From an uncultured Staphylococcaceae bacterium (GTDB lineage Bacteria; Bacillota_I; Bacilli_A; RFN20; CAG-826): a DNA stretch of 32,818 nt. Below, piece by piece: positions 17,467-23,720 of the stretch (position 1 is the first letter of the stretch; every line of letters starts with the position of its first letter). The notes under the pieces are model-generated. The model saw nothing but the letters and a program-made list of their open reading frames with translations, had not been told where the DNA came from and did not search any database. Made by a program: the position numbers and the translations under genes. The stretch is from contig CAYYIC010000002.1 in assembly GCA_964471005.1 (NCBI GenBank), positions 1 to 32,818 on the forward strand. Reading direction: 5' to 3'.

Positions 17467-18176
17467 ATTCATTATTGGTCGTTCTTGCCGAAACCGTCGA
17501 AGGCTTAGAAAACGTCGGACGCTTTTGGGATTTGGGAATATGGGAGATGTCGTTTTTACTCTGGCTCAATAGCCTCCATGGAACATTTATCGATAAAGTA
17601 TTCCTAGTCATCACGCTGCTGGGAGATAAGGGTATTATTTGGCTTACATCTGGTGTCGTCATGTTGTTTTTTAAAAAAACAAGACGCATTGGCATCTATG
17701 TCATATTAACATACGTCTTAGTCGGTGGCATGAACAACTATATCATCAAAAAAATCGCCGCCCGCGCTCGTCCCTTTTATGACACGACAATTTCGTTAGG
17801 ATATCCAAGCGCTCGCGCTTTACAAGAGTATGTAGTTGCCACTTTCTTTGGCGATGGCTTATTCCTTGGCTTCGGCGAGATACCAGATGACTACTCATTC
17901 TTCTCGGGTCACACCGTCGCTTCGGTCGCCTGCGCCACAATGATGATTTTGCACAGTCGCAAAATTGGCATTCCCGCCGTTATTTTGGCCGCTCTTATCG
18001 CATTTACGAGATTATGGCACGGCGTCCACTGGCCGACCGACGTCATCTTTGGAACCATCTTTGCAGTCGCCATAACCATCGGGCTTTTCTACCTCTTGCG
18101 CTTCCTTGAACCAAAAGTAATGAATCTCCTCGTTAAAATTTTCACAAAGAAAGATCGAGAAAAGGTCGAACAATAA
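17463..18176 (+). CDS. PAP2-superfamily lipid phosphatase (BcrC/PgpB-like candidate undecaprenyl-diphosphate phosphatase)
   Basis: 237 aa membrane protein with all three acid-phosphatase motifs: KKIAARARP (KxxxxxxRP), SGHT, and RLWHGVHWPTD (SRxxxxxHxxxD-like). Overlaps the DUF368 stop by ATGA. GGAGG Shine-Dalgarno. Confidence 0.85.
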   Translation: MNSLLVVLAETVEGLENVGRFWDLGIWEMSFLLWLNSLHGTFIDKVFLVITLLGDKGIIWLTSGVVMLFFKKTRRIGIYVILTYVLVGGMNNYIIKKIAARARPFYDTTISLGYPSARALQEYVVATFFGDGLFLGFGEIPDDYSFFSGHTVASVACATMMILHSRKIGIPAVILAALIAFTRLWHGVHWPTDVIFGTIFAVAITIGLFYLLRFLEPKVMNLLVKIFTKKDREKVEQ

Positions 18177-18190
18177 AACTAAATGACAAA

Positions 18191-18213
18191 AAGAGCATCC
18201 GTTGCTCTTTTTT
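18191..18213 (+). terminator. Rho-independent terminator after the DUF368-PAP2 pair
   Basis: AAGAGCA (18191-18197), loop TCCGT, TGCTCTT (18203-18209), followed by a T-run to 18213. Confidence 0.8.
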
Positions 18214-18240
18214 ATTGACACAACACGCTAATCAAAGACC

Positions 18241-18268
18241 TTGATAATCGGCGTAGACGAGTCTATAC
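18241..18268 (+). promoter_or_regulatory. Candidate sigma-A type promoter of the TetR-ABC-ABC operon
   Basis: TTGATA (18241-18246), a 16-nt spacer, then TATACT (18263-18268). Confidence 0.5.
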
Positions 18269-18276
18269 TTTTTTAC

Positions 18277-18294
18277 ATTGACAAATGTGTCAAT
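18277..18294. promoter_or_regulatory. Perfect inverted repeat, candidate TetR operator
   Basis: ATTGACA-AATG-TGTCAAT: 7-bp perfect arms with a 4-nt spacer. It starts about 9 nt downstream of the candidate -10 and ends 10 nt upstream of the TetR ATG. Confidence 0.55.
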
Positions 18295-18304
18295 TGAAAC
18301 AATC

Positions 18305-18922
18305 ATGCCCAAAACCCCAGAACAATACCGACAGATTAAAGATGAGAGAAAAACGCGTATTCTCAATGCCGCTTTACGCCTTTTTGCTTTGCAAGGTTAC
18401 GATTCCGTCGTTGTAAACGACATCGCTAGAGCATCCGAATGCTCACATGGTCTTTTTTATCACTATTTTAAAAATAAAGCTGATGTTTTTGCCGAGTTGA
18501 TGAAAGCCTCAGAGAAACGTGCTTTGTTAAAACGCGATGAACACAATTTCGACAAAGCGCTGGCAATCGAGGCTATTCGTAAGATTGTCTTTCTCATGCT
18601 CGAAGATATTTATCGCGAGGATGAGTCGCCATATTTTTTATATATGTTCGTCAATATGCACTTGCAGAAGACTTTGCCGCCGCCGCCAAAACACAAGCTT
18701 AATGGACCCAATAAACCGTTTTTCCAATTCTTTATCGATTTGATTGCTCGCGGCCAAAAAGAAGGCGATGTGTCTGGTGGAGATCCTAAAGAATTCGCCA
18801 TTATTTATTACTCCATAATCAAGGGATTATGTTACACTCGATTAAACATGGTTGATAGGTCTCCAACACGCGTTAGTCCTGATATCATTATGAATTTGTT
18901 TATTAGAAAGGGGAGCTACTGA
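18305..18922 (+). CDS. TetR/AcrR family transcriptional regulator
   Basis: N-terminal HTH RILNAALRLFALQGYDSVVVNDIARASECSHGLFYHYFKNKADVF. The ORF track starts at TTG 18278, but that TTG lies inside the palindromic operator. ATG 18305 (MPKTPEQYRQ) is the more plausible start. Its TGA shares one nucleotide with the next ATG. Confidence 0.85.
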   Translation: MPKTPEQYRQIKDERKTRILNAALRLFALQGYDSVVVNDIARASECSHGLFYHYFKNKADVFAELMKASEKRALLKRDEHNFDKALAIEAIRKIVFLMLEDIYREDESPYFLYMFVNMHLQKTLPPPPKHKLNGPNKPFFQFFIDLIARGQKEGDVSGGDPKEFAIIYYSIIKGLCYTRLNMVDRSPTRVSPDIIMNLFIRKGSY

Positions 18923-20715
18923 TGTTCAAACTGTTTCGTTTTTTGAAACCGAAAATGTGGCTGATCATCATCGTTTTCCTCATGATCGGCGCTCAGTCGT
19001 TTGCCCAGTTGATGCTGCCGCGTCTAATGGGCGAAATCGTCGCTAATATCACGCGGCCAGAAGGTGCTGATAACGCTTATATATTAAATAAGGGTTTCGA
19101 GATGTTGGCGTATGCCGGTGCGACTATTATTATCGCTTTTGCCACTTCGATAATCGTCTCTTATGTCGGTGCCTATTTTGGCAAAAAAGTGCGCGCTGAG
19201 GTTTTTAAGAAGGTTCTTACCTTTTCGCCAGGGGATTACGACAGCATCGGCACGGCTTCTTTAATGACGAGGACAACCAATGACGTCGAGATGGTGCAAA
19301 CCGTCATCGTCATGGGTCTGCGCATCATGGTCATGTCACCGGTCATCATGGCTATTGCTATCGTTCAAGTTTTACGGACTGATTTGCAGCTGGCAATCAT
19401 CCTTGCTTTCTCGCTTCCTTTAATTATCATCACCATCATTATTTTATTTGCAATTGCCATGCCGTTATTTAAAAAGTTGCAAGTGGCAATCGATGAAGTG
19501 ACGAAGGTTTTGCGCGCTTCCTTAACCGGTGTTCGCGTCGTCCGTGCCTTCAACCAAGAAGAGAAAGAAAAAGAGCGTTTTGCCAAAGTCAATCGGCATC
19601 AGACAAATATCATCACCAAAGTCGGGCGCACCATGTCTTTTGCCAGCCCCTTAATTTCGATTTTCTTTGATCTCACATATTTTGCCATCTTCCTCTTTGG
19701 CTTTGCGATTATCGATGGAACCGCCAATGACGCGCGGCTGGACAATATTCTAGTCACGTCGCAATATGCTATGCATATTATGATGTCATTTCTCATGTTT
19801 TCGATGCTTCTAATCAATATTCCGCGAGCTGGTGTCAGTGCGCGAAGAATTAATCAAGTTTTAGATACCAAAGTTATTATTAAAGACCCTGATGTCGTCC
19901 TCGAAAACGCTAACAAAGAATACGGTCGCGTACGCTTTGAGGACGTCACTTTTGCGTTTCCAGATTCGACAGTACCGGCCTTGCAAAACATCTCTTTTGA
20001 AGCTAAACCCGGTCAAGTAACCGCCATTATCGGTTCTACCGGCAGTGGAAAATCCTCAATTATTAATCTCGTTCCCCGCTTCTATGATGTTACGAGCGGA
20101 CGGGTTCTGGTCGATGGCATTGATGTCCGCGATTACAAGCAAAAAGATTTGCGCGACAAAATTGGTTTCGTGCCGCAGCAAGCCCTCTTGTTTTCCGGCA
20201 CGATTCGCGACAATCTGAACTTCGGCAAACCAAACAGCACCGATGAAGAAATCAGAAGCGCATTAGAAGTGGCGCAGGCCGCTCGCTTTGTCGCCAAAAA
20301 GGAAAATGGCTACGATGCCGAGGTCGCACAAGGGGGCAAGAACTTTTCTGGCGGGCAAAAACAGCGTCTCGCCATCGCTCGCGCCCTTATTAAAAAACCA
20401 GAAATATATATTTTTGACGATTCGTTTTCGGCCCTCGATTTTAAGACCGATATCCGCCTTCGCACGGCTTTAAAAGAATATACCAAAAATGCCTCGGTAA
20501 TCATCGTCGCTCAACGCGTGTCATCCATTATGGATGCCGATAATATCCTCGTCCTTAATGAAGGCCGAATTGTCGGGCAGGGCAAACACCAAGAATTATT
20601 GAAAAAATGCCAAGTCTATCAAGAAATCGTTTTCTCGCAGATGGACGAAAGCGAAATCAAGCGCACTCTTGAGATTAAGAAGCAAGTTCTCCTCGCGGAA
20701 GGAGGTGACGAATAA
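18922..20715 (+). CDS. ABC exporter half-transporter (TMD-NBD), subunit carrying the degenerate ATP site
   Basis: 597 aa with 6 predicted TM segments followed by an NBD. Walker A GSTGSGKSS and signature FSGGQKQ. Walker B is IYIFDD, with Asp (GAT 20419-20421) in place of the catalytic Glu. The switch His is replaced by Gln (CAA 20512-20514). Confidence 0.9.
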   Translation: MFKLFRFLKPKMWLIIIVFLMIGAQSFAQLMLPRLMGEIVANITRPEGADNAYILNKGFEMLAYAGATIIIAFATSIIVSYVGAYFGKKVRAEVFKKVLTFSPGDYDSIGTASLMTRTTNDVEMVQTVIVMGLRIMVMSPVIMAIAIVQVLRTDLQLAIILAFSLPLIIITIIILFAIAMPLFKKLQVAIDEVTKVLRASLTGVRVVRAFNQEEKEKERFAKVNRHQTNIITKVGRTMSFASPLISIFFDLTYFAIFLFGFAIIDGTANDARLDNILVTSQYAMHIMMSFLMFSMLLINIPRAGVSARRINQVLDTKVIIKDPDVVLENANKEYGRVRFEDVTFAFPDSTVPALQNISFEAKPGQVTAIIGSTGSGKSSIINLVPRFYDVTSGRVLVDGIDVRDYKQKDLRDKIGFVPQQALLFSGTIRDNLNFGKPNSTDEEIRSALEVAQAARFVAKKENGYDAEVAQGGKNFSGGQKQRLAIARALIKKPEIYIFDDSFSALDFKTDIRLRTALKEYTKNASVIIVAQRVSSIMDADNILVLNEGRIVGQGKHQELLKKCQVYQEIVFSQMDESEIKRTLEIKKQVLLAEGGDE

Positions 20716-22556
20716 TGCCACGTTCAACCGATTCGATGATGGGGGCTAAACCCAAAAATATCAAAAAAGCAGCTTCGCATATCCTCGCTGATTTTCGTCC
20801 TTTGCTAGGCGTCTTTATCTTCGTCATTTTCATTTTGTTTGTCTCGGCAACTCTGTCGGTTTTATTGCCGATTTTTCTTGGCGACTTTGTCAATAACTTT
20901 AAAAATTTAGCCATCAAAGTTGGCGGTATCTATCAAATCGATTGGCCGGAAGTATTCAAACAAGTGGCCATCATGATGTCTTTTTACGTCGGTTCAGCTC
21001 TGTTTATGTGGCTCGCCGACTGGATCGTGGTGAAGATTTCCGCTGATTACGCTTATGATGTCCGCGCTAAAATCAAAGATAAACTCGATCGTCTGCCCCT
21101 AAGTTATTTTGATAAGAACACATACGGCGAGATTTTATCTCGAGGCACAAACGACGTCGATAATGTATCGCGGAATATGAGCCATATTATCAACCAGTCA
21201 ATTCTCGGCATCGCGACGTTCATCGGAACAGTCATCGCTATGTTTATAACGTCATGGCAGCTGGCTCTTGTCGCGATTGCAATATTACCTTTTACAATTC
21301 TCTTTACCGCTTTAATTGCTATCAACGCTCAAAAAGAGTTTAAAAAATACCGCACACATCTCGGCAAGCTTAATTCGATCACCGAGGAGAATTACTCCGG
21401 TTTTAAAATTGTTAAACTTTTCAACAAAGAAGACGATGTCGCCCAAGCCTTTGAAAACGTCAACGAGACGATGATGAAAGCCGACTGGAAATCGCAGTGG
21501 CTCTCCGGCTTTATTTTTCCGACGATGCGCTTTATTGGCAATCTCGGTTTCATCGGTGTCAGCGTCGTCGGTGGCATATTGCAAAACCCTGGTGACATGG
21601 TCGCTTTCTTCTTATTTTTGCAGATGTTCCAGCAACCATTTCAACAAATCGGTCAAATCTCAAGTGTCATTCAATCGGTCCTGGCTTCTGGCGAGCGCAT
21701 CTACGAGCTTATCAACGAATCCGAGATGGAGTTGGATTCGAAAGACGCAATCGCTAGCGAAGATGCGATTAAAGGCGAGATTACTTTTGATAATGTCGAA
21801 TTCTCTTACAGCCCTGATAAACCATTAATTCAAAACTTTAACTTAAAAGTTACCACTGGCGACAGCATCGCGATTGTCGGTCCGACCGGCGCTGGCAAGA
21901 CGACGATTGTCAACCTCATCATGCGCTTCTACGAAGTCAACAGTGGCCGCATCCTTCTCGACGGTATCGACATTAAAAATTATAAGCGCGCGACTTTGCG
22001 CGGCGCTGTCGGCATGGTCCTGCAAGACACTTGGCTCTTCGCGGATTCAATTCGCGAGAATATCCGCTACGGCCGCACCGATGCGACCAACGAAGATATC
22101 GAGGAAGCGGCCAAGCAAGCTCACGCCGACCACTTTATCAAGACTTTACCTGGCGGTTATGACTTCCTTTTAAATGAAGACGGAACAAACATCTCACAAG
22201 GCCAACGCCAGCTCATCACCATCGCTCGAGCGATCGTCTCAAAACCAAAAATTCTAATCCTCGACGAGGCGACATCAAGCGTCGATACCCGTACGGAACA
22301 AGCGATTCAGGATGCGATGAACAAAATGATGGTCGGTAAGACGAGTTTCATCATTGCCCACCGCCTTTCGACAATTAAAAACGCCAAGGTCATCATCGTC
22401 ATGCAAAAAGGTCAAATCGTTGAAATCGGCAATCATAACGAGTTGCTGGCAAACAACGGATTCTATGCCGAGCTATATAACGCCCAGTTCTCGGGTCGCA
22501 ATCCTCTTGCTGAACCAGAACAAGAAAACACTCTTAAGCAAGAGACAACGGCCTAA
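20715..22556 (+). CDS. ABC exporter half-transporter (TMD-NBD), subunit carrying the consensus ATP site
   Basis: 613 aa. Walker A GPTGAGKTT, Walker B ILILDE (Glu GAG 22266-22268), switch AHR (His 22359-22361). The signature is non-canonical: ISQGQRQ (22191-22211). TAATG 1-nt overlap with the upstream gene. GGAAGGAGG Shine-Dalgarno. Confidence 0.9.
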   Translation: MPRSTDSMMGAKPKNIKKAASHILADFRPLLGVFIFVIFILFVSATLSVLLPIFLGDFVNNFKNLAIKVGGIYQIDWPEVFKQVAIMMSFYVGSALFMWLADWIVVKISADYAYDVRAKIKDKLDRLPLSYFDKNTYGEILSRGTNDVDNVSRNMSHIINQSILGIATFIGTVIAMFITSWQLALVAIAILPFTILFTALIAINAQKEFKKYRTHLGKLNSITEENYSGFKIVKLFNKEDDVAQAFENVNETMMKADWKSQWLSGFIFPTMRFIGNLGFIGVSVVGGILQNPGDMVAFFLFLQMFQQPFQQIGQISSVIQSVLASGERIYELINESEMELDSKDAIASEDAIKGEITFDNVEFSYSPDKPLIQNFNLKVTTGDSIAIVGPTGAGKTTIVNLIMRFYEVNSGRILLDGIDIKNYKRATLRGAVGMVLQDTWLFADSIRENIRYGRTDATNEDIEEAAKQAHADHFIKTLPGGYDFLLNEDGTNISQGQRQLITIARAIVSKPKILILDEATSSVDTRTEQAIQDAMNKMMVGKTSFIIAHRLSTIKNAKVIIVMQKGQIVEIGNHNELLANNGFYAELYNAQFSGRNPLAEPEQENTLKQETTA

Positions 22557-22569
22557 AGACAATCGACAG

Positions 22570-22600
22570 ACGCCTTTCGAATTCCAGAAGGCGTTTTCTT
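22570..22600 (+). terminator. Rho-independent terminator after the TetR-ABC-ABC operon
   Basis: ACGCCTT (22570-22576) pairs with AAGGCGT (22588-22594), then TTTTCTT. Confidence 0.8.
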
Positions 22601-22630
22601 AAAAAGCGCCGAGATACATTTGTTTATATA

Positions 22631-22639
22631 TGATAAAAT
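22631..22639 (+). promoter_or_regulatory. Candidate extended -10 promoter (TGaTAAAAT) for the GT2 gene
   Basis: Lies between the operon terminator (ends about 22600) and ATG 22656. It implies a leader of only about 10 nt with no Shine-Dalgarno. Confidence 0.35.
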
Positions 22640-22655
22640 TGCTTTACGAGTCACC

Positions 22656-23600
22656 ATGACAAATCCCATCGCAGTAAGTGTTATCATCCCCGTTCGGAAT
22701 TCCGAAAAATATCTTTCTTCCTGCCTGTTTAGCGTTGTTTCGCAGGACTTTTCCCTACCTTATGAAGTTATTATCATCAATAACGGATCGACCGATAACA
22801 GCCGCGAAATAATCGAAAAATGCACAAAAAAATACAAGTTTGTTCGTCAGATTATCACCGATGGCCTATCGGTCGGATTCGCCCGAAAACGAGGCATTGA
22901 TGAAGCTAGAGGGCAGTATCTTTGCTTTCTTGATAGCGATGACATGTACAAACTTTCTTTCATAAAAAAGATGTATGAGACAATCACACAAAATGGCGCC
23001 GATATCATCAATTGCTCGTATGTCAAAATTAAGCCAAATGGCCGCATAAGTCGAAATGTTCTAGCTCGCAGGCGCATATTGAACCGCGTTCAAGGCGTTC
23101 GCACTTTACTTCGCGATTTAAACATTCGTGGCTACATGCCGATGAAAATGTACCGCACTGATTTAATCAAGAACACGAAACTTCCTGTCTCTAGCAAACT
23201 CATCATGTTTGAAGATTTCTTAATAAATTTTTCCCTCTTTGTCAAAGCCGAGAAATCCGTGACAATCACCGAACCACTTTATTTCTATCGTCGCACGAAC
23301 GAATCGACGACAACCAATCTATCCAGCAATCGCACTGATTTACATCTCAAATGTTTTGCTGCCGTCCGCTATCTCGCCGAGCAGACGGGCGATAAATCGA
23401 TAATCGACGAATTTCATAAACGCGGCTTTCGCTACTGGCTTTCAATTTTTGCCGATGTCTTCATTTCTAGAAAAGTTAATGAAAAGCCTTTTTTGCTCGA
23501 ACTTCATCGCGCCGAAAAAATTAAGCGTATTATCTTATCGCGCAAGCCCTTGCCTGTGCGTGGCGCGCTTTGGGAACAATTAATTTCCGAAATCAAATAA
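22656..23600 (+). CDS. Family 2 glycosyltransferase (GT-A fold)
   Basis: VSVIIPVRNSEKYLSSCL...VIIINNGSTDNS...FLDSDD (DxD). The ORF track begins at TTG 22620. ATG 22656 (MTNPIAVSVIIPV) matches the usual GT2 N-terminal spacing. No obvious TM helices. Confidence 0.85.
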   Translation: MTNPIAVSVIIPVRNSEKYLSSCLFSVVSQDFSLPYEVIIINNGSTDNSREIIEKCTKKYKFVRQIITDGLSVGFARKRGIDEARGQYLCFLDSDDMYKLSFIKKMYETITQNGADIINCSYVKIKPNGRISRNVLARRRILNRVQGVRTLLRDLNIRGYMPMKMYRTDLIKNTKLPVSSKLIMFEDFLINFSLFVKAEKSVTITEPLYFYRRTNESTTTNLSSNRTDLHLKCFAAVRYLAEQTGDKSIIDEFHKRGFRYWLSIFADVFISRKVNEKPFLLELHRAEKIKRIILSRKPLPVRGALWEQLISEIK

Positions 23601-23640
23601 TTCCGTTTTATCAACGATAAAAACGCTTACAAGAGCGATT

Positions 23641-23668
23641 TTAGTTATTTTTGCCTAATATCTATGAT
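23641..23668 (+). promoter_or_regulatory. Candidate ppdK promoter
   Basis: TTAGTT (23641-23646), a 16-nt spacer, then TATGAT (23663-23668). The palindrome AATATC-TAT-GATATT (23657-23671) overlaps it. Confidence 0.35.
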
Positions 23669-23720
23669 ATTCTTTTATCGGTGAGCAAAGACAGCTCATA
23701 AAATAATAAAAGGAGAAAAA

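Noticed and set aside
17667-17679. T6A7 homopolymer pair inside the PAP2 gene as a possible slipped-strand phase-variation site
   Set aside because: Tracts of 6-7 nt are below the length that usually gives appreciable slippage, and here they simply encode FFKK. Similar A7 runs occur elsewhere, for example at the ppdK start.
23617-23631. cre-like (CcpA) site ATAAAAACGCTTACA upstream of ppdK
   Set aside because: It matches WTGNAANCGNWNNCW except at the near-invariant G of the TG. It lies upstream of the candidate -35 and inside a weak hairpin that follows the GT2 gene. The match is too weak to call without comparative support.
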